IMG/VR virus record: IMGVR_UViG_3300006217_000002
Source: a virus
Taxonomy: Duplodnaviria > Heunggongvirae > Uroviricota > Caudoviricetes
Strand: one strand, 5' to 3'
Length of the DNA stretch: 64,000 bases
Shown piece after piece: positions 18,387-28,917 of this stretch (position 1 is its first letter; each line of letters begins with the position of its first letter). Below the pieces are notes generated by a model that was given only the letters and a program-made list of their open reading frames with translations, ran no database searches and was not told where the DNA came from. The translations under genes were made by a program, and so were the position numbers.

Positions 18387-19052
18387 ATGGGAGAATTTAT
18401 GAGAGGTAGTCAAGTTGTAGTATTAAGAGGAGAACACCGTGGAAAGATTGGAGCAGTTAATGAAATAAGAAATATTTCCGGAGGATTAATAGATCTTGGA
18501 TTATTTCTCAATGGAGATACTAATATACAATATAATATTCCATCTGAAGATTGTAAACTCATGTACGATAACTCTTTTAATGTACAGGATTATCTTACTA
18601 AGGAAGAAATGTATACAATAATGGTCAGAATATTTACAGAGAAAGCATCTAAACATGTCGATGAGATTATTGCTAACCGAAGTTTTGGTGGAAGATCAAT
18701 TACAGATCATGTCTTGGATGCTTTAGCTAAAAGATACATTGATACGTATTTTGATACTTTGGCCCCATATGTGATTGAAACGTTTAAATCAGTAATTCAG
18801 TCGAATGAACCTATTGTCAAAGGAGAAGACAATAAATCATTTGCTGAGTCTATTCAATATGAATTAGAGAAAGCAGCCGGTAAATATATTGAAAAGAATA
18901 AAGAAATTATCTGGGGATTAATGGATGATTCTATTAAAGAAACCGCTAGGCAAATGAGTATAGATCAGTATATCAAAATAATCTCTGAGAAGATGGGAAG
19001 ACAATTTAAGAAAGAACTTGAATCTTTCATCAATAAGGATTCTGAAGAATAA
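18387..19052 (+). CDS. Hypothetical protein with N-terminal KOW-like motif
   Basis: GSQVVVLRGEHRGKIGAV. Confidence 0.6.
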   Translation: MGEFMRGSQVVVLRGEHRGKIGAVNEIRNISGGLIDLGLFLNGDTNIQYNIPSEDCKLMYDNSFNVQDYLTKEEMYTIMVRIFTEKASKHVDEIIANRSFGGRSITDHVLDALAKRYIDTYFDTLAPYVIETFKSVIQSNEPIVKGEDNKSFAESIQYELEKAAGKYIEKNKEIIWGLMDDSIKETARQMSIDQYIKIISEKMGRQFKKELESFINKDSEE

Positions 19053-19068
19053 GCAATTAAACTGTTAC

Positions 19069-19107
19069 ATATTAAGATAGGGGAGGTTATCTCCCCTATC
19101 TTAATAT
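19069..19107. terminator. Bidirectional terminator hairpin
   Basis: ATATTAAGATAGGGGAG-GTTAT-CTCCCCTATCTTAATAT. Confidence 0.8.
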
Positions 19108-19110
19108 TCA

Positions 19111-20148
19111 TTATTTTCCAGAAGAATTCTTTTTTAACATTTTATCAGTAGACTTTGTGATTGTTTGCATATCAATCATGATGTATTTTGTAATGTTACC
19201 TACGATGGATACTACTTTAGACATCATTCTAATTGTATCAGTTATACGATACTGATCTCCTCTACTTAATTTACCGAAAGTTTGATTTAATTGAGTTTGA
19301 TTATATTTTTGACCCAATGCTTCATGAACTTTCTTAAGATCTTCTCTCCTTGATTCAATATCCTTAGTAAGTTTAATTAATGCTTCGTAATAAGTGCCTT
19401 GGAATTTAACACCTTTCAGATCTGTAAATTTAACTGATTTAGAATTCCCGAAATACATATTCCTAGCGTTAATATCTTTCATCTCAATATTAGTAGGAGT
19501 AAATTCAAGATATTTTATGTGTTCATATATTTTTTCAAGCTGTTTACATGCCTTAATATCGTTCTGAGAAGCATATACTTTACCACCTACAACTTTAGCT
19601 TGTCTTGATAAAAATGTTCCCCATAACTCTCCCTGAGATAAACTATTGGCTGTACTTATAAATGTATCAATACGATGTATGAGCGTTTGATTATATAAAT
19701 TCTCAAGGTCATCTGCAGTAATATACAATTGTATGTTTCCCTTTATTTTATTTAACACAGTTTCAGGGATATTAGCTATAGTTTCTGCAGCTTTAAGAAT
19801 TCCTTTAGGGATTGCACTTATTTTTCCAAGAATAAATCCAATAATTCTTGTTATTAATTGAATAGATCTCATTACTAAATCCCAAGTACTTTTAATAAGT
19901 TTAGCGTTACCATCTACAACGTTTCCGTATGCATGATAAATATCTCTTGTAGTATCCATAGTATTCTTATGAACACCTTTAAATGTTCTCCTGAGATTTG
20001 GGGTAGCATCTTCTACAGCTTCTAAATACATCTCAGGATTAACAAGTGTTTCAAGTTGGTCTATAGATTCACAAAATTCTTTAAAATCTTTACCAAGAGT
20101 AGAAGCTATAACTTCATCTACTACTGTAATTTCAAACATATTTTCCAT
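19111..20148 (-). CDS. Hypothetical helical protein, possible internal virion protein
   Basis: Start moved to ATG 20148 by the AAAGGTGG RBS; acidic N-terminus then a basic helical body. Confidence 0.5.
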   Translation of the reverse strand: MENMFEITVVDEVIASTLGKDFKEFCESIDQLETLVNPEMYLEAVEDATPNLRRTFKGVHKNTMDTTRDIYHAYGNVVDGNAKLIKSTWDLVMRSIQLITRIIGFILGKISAIPKGILKAAETIANIPETVLNKIKGNIQLYITADDLENLYNQTLIHRIDTFISTANSLSQGELWGTFLSRQAKVVGGKVYASQNDIKACKQLEKIYEHIKYLEFTPTNIEMKDINARNMYFGNSKSVKFTDLKGVKFQGTYYEALIKLTKDIESRREDLKKVHEALGQKYNQTQLNQTFGKLSRGDQYRITDTIRMMSKVVSIVGNITKYIMIDMQTITKSTDKMLKKNSSGK

Positions 20149-20208
20149 ATTTAAACCACCTTTCTTTATATTCAGTACGTCAATTAACAACGAGTTCATC
20201 TTTGTATT

Positions 20209-20218
20209 TATATATTAT
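20209..20218 (+). promoter_or_regulatory. TATATATTAT motif
   Basis: Exact copy about 36 nt upstream of 20254. Confidence 0.6.
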
Positions 20219-20253
20219 CAATATATGAAATATAATATAAGGAGGATTTAAAT

Positions 20254-20433
20254 ATGCTTGCTCAAGAAAGATATGAAGAATACAATGACTCAGAGTTTGA
20301 CGTCATTCTCATGAAGATAAGAAACGGAACTATTAAATCCGGAAGATATTCACATTTAGTAAAGATTGATAAGAATAAAGTTTATAGTGATAAACAGAAA
20401 GAGTTCTTTACTGAAAATAAAGGAGATAAATAA
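20254..20433 (+). CDS. 59-aa hypothetical protein
   Basis: Hand-translated MLAQERYEEY...; AAGGAGG RBS. Confidence 0.7.
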   Translation: MLAQERYEEYNDSEFDVILMKIRNGTIKSGRYSHLVKIDKNKVYSDKQKEFFTENKGDK

Positions 20434-20436
20434 AAT

Positions 20437-20757
20437 ATGAGTATGAACATAATTGGAAAAAGAATATTAAATTTATTGGAAGAACATCATATGAGCCAAC
20501 GAGGCTTGGCAATAAAAACAAACATTACTGAAGTATCATTAAGCAGATATATCAACGGTACAAGAATTCCAAAAGTAACTGTTCTAGCTGCGGTAGCTAG
20601 AAATCTCAATACATCAGTTGATTATTTACTTGGAAATGATTATCATAATTATTCATATTCAACTATTTGTAATTTAATAAAAGATAATGTTTCCAAGATG
20701 AGTTTTTCTGATAAAATGAAATTAGTAGATATTCTATTTAGAGAGGATGACAAATAA
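20437..20757 (+). CDS. XRE/Cro-CI family HTH transcriptional regulator
   Basis: MSQRGLA...ITEVSLSRYINGTRIP...LNTSVDYLLG. Confidence 0.9.
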   Translation: MSMNIIGKRILNLLEEHHMSQRGLAIKTNITEVSLSRYINGTRIPKVTVLAAVARNLNTSVDYLLGNDYHNYSYSTICNLIKDNVSKMSFSDKMKLVDILFREDDK

Positions 20758-20811
20758 TTTTATATGGAAATCTAAAGTACTTATAATAAAAATATCAAAG
20801 GAGGTTTTACG

Positions 20812-20967
20812 ATGGATAATAAAACTACTATCAAAGCAAATGAAAACAATGACAGAAAGTTCTGGACTGGAATGGAAGACGAGTTAAACAAAAAGAAGCA
20901 GGAAGAGGAAAGGAAGTTTGAAGAGTCTGGTAATAACGAAGGCCCTCTGCAGTATTTCACAGAATAG
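20812..20967 (+). CDS. 51-aa hypothetical protein
   Basis: Hand-translated MDNKTTIKAN...; AAGGAGG RBS. Confidence 0.65.
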   Translation: MDNKTTIKANENNDRKFWTGMEDELNKKKQEEERKFEESGNNEGPLQYFTE

Positions 20968-20989
20968 TTTTTAAGAAAGGAATCAATAT

Positions 20990-21616
20990 ATGGATGCTAT
21001 TCTAAGTAAATTACAAAAGGATGCAATAACAAAATTATTCATAGAAAAAATCATCGAGCCAAGAGTTAAAAGTATTAGAGAAAGCTTGGCTGCTGAATAT
21101 GATATAGCTGATGGATGTTTTAAAAACTATACTGGACTATGTGACTCTGCCTCAAGTGAATTCTGTGATCAGATGAATGAATATTTTAATAAAAATAAAG
21201 ATTTATCTGATGAATTAAAATGTTCAGTAGGAAGCTTGCATGGTGAGCAAAAACATTCTCCTGTTATAAAATCTTCATATTGGCCAATGCAACATACATG
21301 GTGTTTTGTAAACTTTGCCAGAATGACTGTATATGTCGATATAACTTGTCAGCAGTTTAAAGATATATATAATGATATTCCTGATTATTATATATCTAAA
21401 ACTAAACCTAAATGGTTTTATCCTGACAAAGATAATCCTGCATGGAGAGGATTATTCGGTATAGGGCAATGGTTAAATAATCATATAAAGATCAGTCATA
21501 AAGCAACAGATAACAATGGTAACAAACGTAATGTAAAGGAAGGATTAATAGAATTCTTCCAATATGAAATATGGGGAGCTATATCAGATAAGATTTACGA
21601 AAAGAAACATAACTAA
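20990..21616 (+). CDS. Papain/transglutaminase-like fold protein (Cys-His-Asp)
   Basis: GLCD...HTWCFV...YVDITCQQF. Confidence 0.5.
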   Translation: MDAILSKLQKDAITKLFIEKIIEPRVKSIRESLAAEYDIADGCFKNYTGLCDSASSEFCDQMNEYFNKNKDLSDELKCSVGSLHGEQKHSPVIKSSYWPMQHTWCFVNFARMTVYVDITCQQFKDIYNDIPDYYISKTKPKWFYPDKDNPAWRGLFGIGQWLNNHIKISHKATDNNGNKRNVKEGLIEFFQYEIWGAISDKIYEKKHN

Positions 21617-21650
21617 GAAATAGGGAGCTCTTGAGAGCTCCCTATTTCTT
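21615..21650. terminator. Bidirectional terminator hairpin
   Basis: AAGAAATAGGGAGCTCT-TG-AGAGCTCCCTATTTCTT. Confidence 0.8.
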
Positions 21651-21654
21651 TTTT

Positions 21655-24600
21655 TTATTCATCATCACTGTTATAAGATGGAACAAAATCTTTCCACCCA
21701 TCAAGATCAACTGGAGCATTTGTAATTCTTGCATTACCTCGTCTTATTTTCATAAGATAATCATCTTCTTCAGACCATCTACCTATACCAGATTCTCCAG
21801 GTATCCAATGAGAATGTTGATCATCAGGATCTATAGACTTTCCATTTTTAAAGAATTTTACTTCATCTACTAACCTTATTGATCCCATAGTAGTTTCACG
21901 AACTTCAGCTGCAAATCCTTCACCTATTACCATTCTCAGAATTTCAGAACGATCCTTCATGATAATGCGATGTTTAACTTTATGCTCTGTATCATATAAG
22001 CCAAACTGAGCATCATAACCTTTACTTCCAAGATTTACGAAATGAATTGTGAATCTCATATTATCAAATAATTTGAACATGTTAGAGTTACCACCTGAAT
22101 CCATCTTATCAGCAAAGATATATTTCAAACCAGTTTTAGCGAAATCCACTAATTCGGATTTAAAACGTTTTATCAATGTAATCAATGGCTTGAAGAATAA
22201 TTCTTCCCCAAGTACGGATTGTTCAAAATATTTCATATGAACATTCAATTCACTTTCTATAGCAAGTACTATAGAAATCACATCATTCATCCATGCTTCT
22301 TTATCATATAAGAATCGATTCTTATGAGTTAGGAGTTCATATAAATCAGGATTCTTACGACGAAGATACTCAAAGTATGTTACTGGAGGTTTTGCTAATC
22401 CTTCTAAATCCATTCTTAGTTTTTCTTTAAGAATAGTTTTATAGAGACCTGACCTTATAGATACCGGCAGTTTTTGCCCTTCAGGATATGTTTTATCTCC
22501 TTTAACAGGAGTGGAAATCTGGAAATAAGCTGTCTTTAAAGCATCTTCATCTAATGAGTCAATTAATTCTAATGCTCTATTAACTGCTAATTGATTAACT
22601 TCCCAACCGACTTCTCCATCTTCATAATCCATAAACACTCTTGTTCCATCAGGGTTAGTTAACTCTAGAGCATTAGGGGAATTCAAGATATCGTAGAAAT
22701 ATACATATCCTCTATCTTCTTCCCCATATCTTGTTTGAATAGTTATATGCATATACCAATTAACAGGAGTTATTGTAGACAAGAATGGATATTTGTATCT
22801 ACTATTATTGATAGTTGCATTATACTCTTCATACTTTACGCTCTTTCCATTAACTGTATGCGGATAAAAATTTTTAAAAGCTTTTAGATCGTTATTAGAA
22901 ATACCATATATTCGCTGAATTGTTTGCATTGGCATTTCAAAATCATCAAGAAATTGATTTCTTGCTATATCGTAAGTAAATAATGCTTTATAAATTGATT
23001 CATACTCTATATATTCTTGACGATTTTCAGCAAACTCAATCTTGTTCTCTAGCCACTCTCTTAAAGGATACATAACGTTATTGAATAATCTATTAACATC
23101 TTCTGGAGAAGTCATCGTTAAATTATCCATAAACTTCATCAATCTTGATTTATCAACATACTTTGTAGTATTTAAAAATTCCATGAATGAATCAAGATCC
23201 ATATCAAAGTTGAATCCTGCAGTAGCTAAAAGTTTATCAGTATCAGTGATTATATCTCCTTTCAATCCATTGCTCATACATGTAGCACAAATAATGAATA
23301 TAATCAAATCATAAAGAGACATCATTTTTGTTCCGAATATAGATGGTATTTCAACAAGGAATTCATCTGTTGCATATTTATTATCTAATACTAACCGAGA
23401 GAAGTATATTGCTTCAAACATATATTTCATTTGATGAACGACTGCTTCTACTACGATATATTTGGTATCAGTTATTGTATATGAACTTTCATGAAGTATT
23501 TGTTGTACATCATCTAGATCCCACCATCTAGGATCATTATCGATTATCTCATGATATGAATATATTGGAGCTTTACCTTTCGTAATAGTTTCATATGGAT
23601 CTTTATCCTTCAAATCAATTTTTACGAAATAAGGATCGGATGATTCCAATGCTTTATAATTATCAGTCTGATTAAATTGTTGACCTTTTAAAAGCATTAA
23701 TTTACTAACTATAACTTCTTGATATCCTAATATTCTAATCAAGTCATAATATACATCATCAGTAGCCTTTTCTCTTATCAGCTTCAACACATTCAATGCT
23801 AAATCTCTACGAACATCATTTGCCATTAACAAATCATCAGGGATTCCATACATCGACAGTAATATATGAAGAACAGTGTCATCAAGAAATTTCTTACTAT
23901 GAACTGCCTCTAATGACTTATTTGAAATCTGCAATAACGTGAATGACATTATTAATACACCCATAAACGTTCGGTAATTGTCATACAAATCTTCGAATTG
24001 TTTATTATACAACGCTACCATTACATATTCACGATAGTCTGCATATAATGAAGCAAATACATTCAAAAGATTTGGATTGATATTAGATCTATTATATGGA
24101 TATCTTATAATGTCAAAATCTTTTGCTTTACGAGCAGTATAAATATCTATCTTATACATTCCAAGATAATTAAGATATTTCTTATCCGGATTATTTTTTA
24201 CAACTTCCTTGTACTCGTCAGTACTCATATAATTATTCTGGATAAGTGTAGAAAGTTTATGAACCGGATCATTGCTTGCATGTAATTGATTTCTCACAGG
24301 TTCACTAAGATAGATATAATCTTCAGGTCGAGTGCTTAATGGTGGTAAACCATTAAGCATCCTATAATAATCATTTTGCTCTTCATATTCATTAATGAAA
24401 GCTTCACGTCCACGAAGTAGAAGTGTATCTCTATACTTAAGAGGAACACTAAAAGGATTATCCATCCACTTTTTGATATCAATAATCCTTGTATTTGGAA
24501 CAGCCTCCTGGAACATAGAATATTTCCACCACTTCGTATATGTCAAATATGAATCGTCTTCTACTATAGCATTCATCCACATTTCTGACATAAGTAGACT

Positions 24601-24729
24601 CTCTGAAGTTTCATTATCCGATGCTTCTCTTTCATCTTTTAATTCAATGAACTCTAAAATCTTTTTAATATCGGCGAATAAATTTTGAAGAGGATTTGTT
24701 TGTTTGCTATCTTTATCAGAAGAATACAA
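21655..24729 (-). CDS. Large virion structural protein, probable baseplate wedge
   Basis: 1024 aa; LIREKATDDVYYDLIRILGY recalls the KGT...LG baseplate-wedge motif. Confidence 0.5.
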   Translation of the reverse strand: MYSSDKDSKQTNPLQNLFADIKKILEFIELKDEREASDNETSESLLMSEMWMNAIVEDDSYLTYTKWWKYSMFQEAVPNTRIIDIKKWMDNPFSVPLKYRDTLLLRGREAFINEYEEQNDYYRMLNGLPPLSTRPEDYIYLSEPVRNQLHASNDPVHKLSTLIQNNYMSTDEYKEVVKNNPDKKYLNYLGMYKIDIYTARKAKDFDIIRYPYNRSNINPNLLNVFASLYADYREYVMVALYNKQFEDLYDNYRTFMGVLIMSFTLLQISNKSLEAVHSKKFLDDTVLHILLSMYGIPDDLLMANDVRRDLALNVLKLIREKATDDVYYDLIRILGYQEVIVSKLMLLKGQQFNQTDNYKALESSDPYFVKIDLKDKDPYETITKGKAPIYSYHEIIDNDPRWWDLDDVQQILHESSYTITDTKYIVVEAVVHQMKYMFEAIYFSRLVLDNKYATDEFLVEIPSIFGTKMMSLYDLIIFIICATCMSNGLKGDIITDTDKLLATAGFNFDMDLDSFMEFLNTTKYVDKSRLMKFMDNLTMTSPEDVNRLFNNVMYPLREWLENKIEFAENRQEYIEYESIYKALFTYDIARNQFLDDFEMPMQTIQRIYGISNNDLKAFKNFYPHTVNGKSVKYEEYNATINNSRYKYPFLSTITPVNWYMHITIQTRYGEEDRGYVYFYDILNSPNALELTNPDGTRVFMDYEDGEVGWEVNQLAVNRALELIDSLDEDALKTAYFQISTPVKGDKTYPEGQKLPVSIRSGLYKTILKEKLRMDLEGLAKPPVTYFEYLRRKNPDLYELLTHKNRFLYDKEAWMNDVISIVLAIESELNVHMKYFEQSVLGEELFFKPLITLIKRFKSELVDFAKTGLKYIFADKMDSGGNSNMFKLFDNMRFTIHFVNLGSKGYDAQFGLYDTEHKVKHRIIMKDRSEILRMVIGEGFAAEVRETTMGSIRLVDEVKFFKNGKSIDPDDQHSHWIPGESGIGRWSEEDDYLMKIRRGNARITNAPVDLDGWKDFVPSYNSDDE

Positions 24730-24743
24730 ACTAATTCACCTCC

Positions 24744-25877
24744 TTATACGAATACTAAGTTATAGATTTCATCAAAGTTTCCTCTAACTGTGTTATCTTT
24801 TTCATTGACTTGTAATGTAGATGGATCTACTGTTGGAAGACCAGGGCAGTTAACGATTTCTTCACCATTATCATTTCTAACTGCTTTGAATCTCATAGAT
24901 CCTGTGGCTGCGTTTTTCTCGACAACTACAGTCTTCGGAATATTCTCATATACAACCTGTTGATCAGGAAGATCAAAACCTTGCCAAGATGAAGGATCAA
25001 ATTCTTCCCCACTAGCAGAAGCAGTATTATTGTAACTTTCAGGAACTTTAGGAGTTACATTATGAACTTCTTCATAGCCATATGTATTTGAATATGTCTG
25101 TACAGGAGGAGCTTGTTGTGCTACAGCCATTACTTGCTCAGGAGCAACCTGCTGTGCAGGCATTCCATACTGGCTATCAAGGCCTGACATAATACTAGAT
25201 CCCATTAACATAAGATCTGAATTATCTCCAGTTCCGCCTGATCCACTAAGATCAGCGTCAAGCTTCTTCTGTTTCATATACAGTTCGGCAATAGCCTTTT
25301 TAAGACCGCCGATTTCTCTTAATACTCCTAAGGAGTTACTACGAGCAGAAACAATAGCAGACGCAAGATCTACCATAGTCTTATTAGGAGGCATAGCATC
25401 CTTGTTAGCAGGACCAACAGCATTCTGGAATCTTTTCTGAAGATCTGCAGTAAACTTGTTCTGTTCAGATACAAGAGTACGAAGCATATTTAATTCAGGC
25501 TCGAATTCCTTGTTATAATTTTTCTTCTTTACTTTCTTCTTTTTAGCATCGACAACCTTATTAGGATCTTCATCGTCAATCCACTTCTTATATTTCTTTT
25601 TCTTACTCTTAGTATCAGAGTATTCAAGATCATCTCCAGTAAGACCAACAACGATTTCTTTCCAGTTATCAAGTTCAGCTTCTCTACGCTGTTTTTTAGT
25701 CATCTTGATTACTTTGTCATCTTTGCCTTCTTGCTTCTCTTCTCTTTTAGCTTCTTCTTTTTGTCGTCGTTCCTCTTCTTTTTTCTCTCTTTCTGCTTGC
25801 CTCTTATTAAGTAACTCTGAGTAGATTGAAGAAACTGAAGCTCTTACATCATCTGATGTGGTATTTGTTTTAGTCAT
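24744..25877 (-). CDS. Hypothetical coiled-coil protein
   Basis: Lys/Glu-rich N-terminus, Gln/Pro linker. Confidence 0.75.
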   Translation of the reverse strand: MTKTNTTSDDVRASVSSIYSELLNKRQAEREKKEEERRQKEEAKREEKQEGKDDKVIKMTKKQRREAELDNWKEIVVGLTGDDLEYSDTKSKKKKYKKWIDDEDPNKVVDAKKKKVKKKNYNKEFEPELNMLRTLVSEQNKFTADLQKRFQNAVGPANKDAMPPNKTMVDLASAIVSARSNSLGVLREIGGLKKAIAELYMKQKKLDADLSGSGGTGDNSDLMLMGSSIMSGLDSQYGMPAQQVAPEQVMAVAQQAPPVQTYSNTYGYEEVHNVTPKVPESYNNTASASGEEFDPSSWQGFDLPDQQVVYENIPKTVVVEKNAATGSMRFKAVRNDNGEEIVNCPGLPTVDPSTLQVNEKDNTVRGNFDEIYNLVFV

Positions 25878-25978
25878 GATTTATTTCTCCTTTCTATTAA
25901 ATACGTATTCTTTGATATTAATGGTCTTGTTTCGAAACTGGCTATTAATATTATCATTATTATTGGAGGTACATTACA

Positions 25979-26986
25979 ATGAGAGGATTAAATGAGTATA
26001 TAGATACTAATATCATTACTCAAAATGGAATAGTTAGTATTTCAAATGTTCATATAGGCGATAAAGTATACGATTTTCATACAGGAAAAATGCTTGAAGT
26101 AAAAGACGTAATAGAATCTACATGTACTGATATTATGCAAGTCTTATATTCAGACGGCAGGAAAGAATTTAAATTACACGATGATGTACTATATGAAGGA
26201 AGGAAGGAATTAAGACCATTAGAGTTTAATCCAGATAAAGTAAAAGATTTGTTATATCCTGATCCTAATGTAGCAGGAGTATTGTTAATATATGGAGATT
26301 ACAATAGCAAAGAAATAAAACTCCCAATGGACATGGATGAAATAAATAATTTATTTGCTCATAATTATAATCTTGATTATGGTGTGATAACAAATAGAAA
26401 CACTGTAAATTTCTCTTTCAATCATAGTCCTAGTAATAAATTTATTACATGGGATGAATTCTTTCCTCATTATGATTTTTATGCTAAAAGTAAAAAAATA
26501 ACATCTCCAGCTATTCCAAACGAATACATGTATTCTTCCATTAAAGATAGAATACAATTCATTAGAGGTATATTCGATGTAGGATATAACAAAAAGAGAT
26601 TTCCTGATTCTATAGGAATAGAACATTGGAATGAAGAAAGACTATTATTAGTACAAAAAATGCTATGGTCGTTAGGGGTTCCATCTATCGTTGAATATAA
26701 TCCAGTATATATTGACGATGATAATATGGTACGAGAATATCAATACAATAGAAAGTATCATTTAAAAATTTTAGGAGATAAAAATACTTATCCAGGATTC
26801 TTTTATGATATAAATAATTTGGAATATATTATAGGAAAGGATTCATGGGAACGTAAATTAAATCCTCAGTGGATATTCAAGGTTGTAGATTGTAGACATT
26901 ATTGCCACGGTTATATGAAAAACATAACACTTGAAAAACCTGCATGGTATTATACTGCAGATTATCTTCCTAGATTAAGCTTATAA
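25979..26986 (+). CDS. Free-standing degenerate intein (Hint plus LAGLIDADG-derived domain), no exteins
   Basis: Blocks A (IITQNG...IGDKVY), B (VLYSDG), C (DPNVAGVLLIYGD), E (IPNEY...RIQFIRGIFDVG) and F/G (YYTADYL) recognisable; no N-terminal Cys/Ser, no terminal His-Asn. Confidence 0.75.
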   Translation: MRGLNEYIDTNIITQNGIVSISNVHIGDKVYDFHTGKMLEVKDVIESTCTDIMQVLYSDGRKEFKLHDDVLYEGRKELRPLEFNPDKVKDLLYPDPNVAGVLLIYGDYNSKEIKLPMDMDEINNLFAHNYNLDYGVITNRNTVNFSFNHSPSNKFITWDEFFPHYDFYAKSKKITSPAIPNEYMYSSIKDRIQFIRGIFDVGYNKKRFPDSIGIEHWNEERLLLVQKMLWSLGVPSIVEYNPVYIDDDNMVREYQYNRKYHLKILGDKNTYPGFFYDINNLEYIIGKDSWERKLNPQWIFKVVDCRHYCHGYMKNITLEKPAWYYTADYLPRLSL

Positions 26987-26989
26987 ACA

Positions 26990-27020
26990 ATTAGGAGGGA
27001 GTATTAAACTCCCTCCTAAT
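26990..27020. terminator. Terminator hairpin
   Basis: ATTAGGAGGGAGT-ATTAA-ACTCCCTCCTAAT. Confidence 0.75.
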
Positions 27021-27095
27021 CACTTTTTATTTAATGATATATTTTGAACTTAAAGAGGTAATCAATAATAAATATTAACTTTAGGAGGTTTGTAT

Positions 27096-28442
27096 ATGGC
27101 GGCCAAAAAGAAAGCAGAAACAATAACGGATGCGGTTTTGAATGATGTATCATTAGCTGATAAATTAGCTGATAAACTCGACGCATCTCAGACTTATAAT
27201 CCTCTACTTATGGCATTAAGAGAAAATGACAAAAAGAATCTATTTAAAACAAATGTGACAACAGCATTCCATAAAACAGGTTTCCATCTGTTTGATTATT
27301 ATTTCGGATCTGTAATTAATATTCACGATGATCTTGGAAATATCATCAAACAAGAAGGAAGAGTTGGACAAGCAGCTGGTACATTCAATCTAATCATAGG
27401 GGATTCCGGATCTGGTAAAACAACATTAGCAGCACAAATAGCAGCTAATATAATTCGTCAGTATAAATATGCAAATGTAATTCATTACGATTGTGAATAT
27501 AGATTTGATGTATCAAGATGTGAAACCATCACTAAATTACCTGCATCATATTTCGATCCTGATCTTGGTGAGAGATATATGATTAAGACTGGTTTAGTTG
27601 GTCTTGATATTATTCAGGAAATGATTGTAAAGACTTATGTAAATAAGATGAAGTTAAAGAAAGAGCTTCAAGTTACATCTGGATTCAAGGATGAATTTGG
27701 AAGAGATGTAATTATTCTACAGCCAACTATTATCATCATCGATTCCATTACTACTGTACTTAATGAAACATTTAATCCTGACAGCCAGAAAGAAGCAAGT
27801 AAAGCTGAAGAAATGAGAGGTAATACAGAAGGAGCAAGAGATGCTAAAACTCTCAAAGGATTCTTTAAAGATATCCTTCCTCTTTGTAAAGAAGCAAATA
27901 TCATTCTATACGGTATCAATCATATTAATACAAATATGAGTATGAATGCTTTTATCCCTGTAGCAAGACAGCAAAACTTCTTAAAGCAGAATGAATCTAT
28001 TCCTGGTGGAAAGACTATGCTCTATTATCCATTCAATATAATTAAGTTAACTGCTAAACCATCAGATGATTTCTCTAAGGATTCAGATGGTTTCTCTGGA
28101 CATGTTGTAATGGTAGAACCTGTAAAGAGTTCATCAAATCAATCAGGTAACAATAGTAAAGGAGTATCATTTGAACTTGTATTCTCATTCCAACATGGTT
28201 TTGATTCTTTAAGATCAATTATAATGTATGGAAGAGATAATGGACTTATAGAAGGAAATAAAAACAGAATGAAGTTCAAAGGTGATGATTCATTTACATT
28301 TACATGGAAAGAGATCGAGAAAGAAGCTAATGAAAAACCAATATGGGAAAGTATTAATAAATTCATTGTTCCTACATTAGAGCAGCATTTGAGCTTTGTA
28401 GAACCTAATGGTGGATTTGATAATAGATGTCTCAGCTATTAA
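27096..28442 (+). CDS. recA: RecA/UvsX-like recombinase
   Basis: GDSGSGKTT Walker A, YDCE, IIIDSI Walker B, GINHI, IPGGK; ATG 27096 preferred over TTG 27090. Confidence 0.85.
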   Translation: MAAKKKAETITDAVLNDVSLADKLADKLDASQTYNPLLMALRENDKKNLFKTNVTTAFHKTGFHLFDYYFGSVINIHDDLGNIIKQEGRVGQAAGTFNLIIGDSGSGKTTLAAQIAANIIRQYKYANVIHYDCEYRFDVSRCETITKLPASYFDPDLGERYMIKTGLVGLDIIQEMIVKTYVNKMKLKKELQVTSGFKDEFGRDVIILQPTIIIIDSITTVLNETFNPDSQKEASKAEEMRGNTEGARDAKTLKGFFKDILPLCKEANIILYGINHINTNMSMNAFIPVARQQNFLKQNESIPGGKTMLYYPFNIIKLTAKPSDDFSKDSDGFSGHVVMVEPVKSSSNQSGNNSKGVSFELVFSFQHGFDSLRSIIMYGRDNGLIEGNKNRMKFKGDDSFTFTWKEIEKEANEKPIWESINKFIVPTLEQHLSFVEPNGGFDNRCLSY

Positions 28443-28455
28443 TGGATACATAAAT

Positions 28456-28498
28456 AAAAAATAAAGGGGAGCATTCCGCGCTCCCCTTTATTTTTTAT
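28456..28498. terminator. Bidirectional terminator, 43-bp identical to 37093-37135
   Basis: AAAAAATAAAGGGGAGC-ATTCCGC-GCTCCCCTTTATTTTTTAT. Confidence 0.85.
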
Positions 28499-28507
28499 TT
28501 TTTTGTT

Positions 28508-28870
28508 TTACTCGATATACAGACCGATCTCTGTAATATTATCAGAGTAATCGATTTCCTCAAGATAAGTGATTATATCACCAGGGATCTTGCTACTAAT
28601 AATGTTTCTTGCATCCTGTAAATCATCAGCAAAGATAATACCGCAACGCATCGAGTAATTCATTCCATGTGCTTTAGTTCTCCAAGCGTATATCTTTTTC
28701 ATTCGATTTTTATCAGCTGCTTCTTTTTTAGCTTTCTCTTCTGCTTTACGAGCGGCTTCTTTTTTGTTACGGCGTTCCTCAGCAGCGTGTTTATCGGCAG
28801 CAACAAGCTTGGCTTTGAATTCAGGATTATTTGCAGCAGCCTTTTCCATAGCAGCTCTGAGATCGTTCAT
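28508..28870 (-). CDS. Hypothetical protein
   Basis: 120 aa; AAAGGAGG RBS; TATATATTAT motif upstream. Confidence 0.8.
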   Translation of the reverse strand: MNDLRAAMEKAAANNPEFKAKLVAADKHAAEERRNKKEAARKAEEKAKKEAADKNRMKKIYAWRTKAHGMNYSMRCGIIFADDLQDARNIISSKIPGDIITYLEEIDYSDNITEIGLYIE

Positions 28871-28902
28871 GATATTTAATCCTCCTTTATTATTCTATTA
28901 GA

Positions 28903-28912
28903 ATAATATATA
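28903..28912 (-). promoter_or_regulatory. TATATATTAT motif
   Basis: Exact copy about 33 nt upstream of 28870. Confidence 0.6.
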
Positions 28913-28917
28913 AGAGT

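Noticed and set aside
21655-24729. Large unknown ORFs as chimallin (phage nucleus shell)
   Set aside because: No recognisable similarity by eye; context and motifs fit virion proteins better; a structure-based search is required
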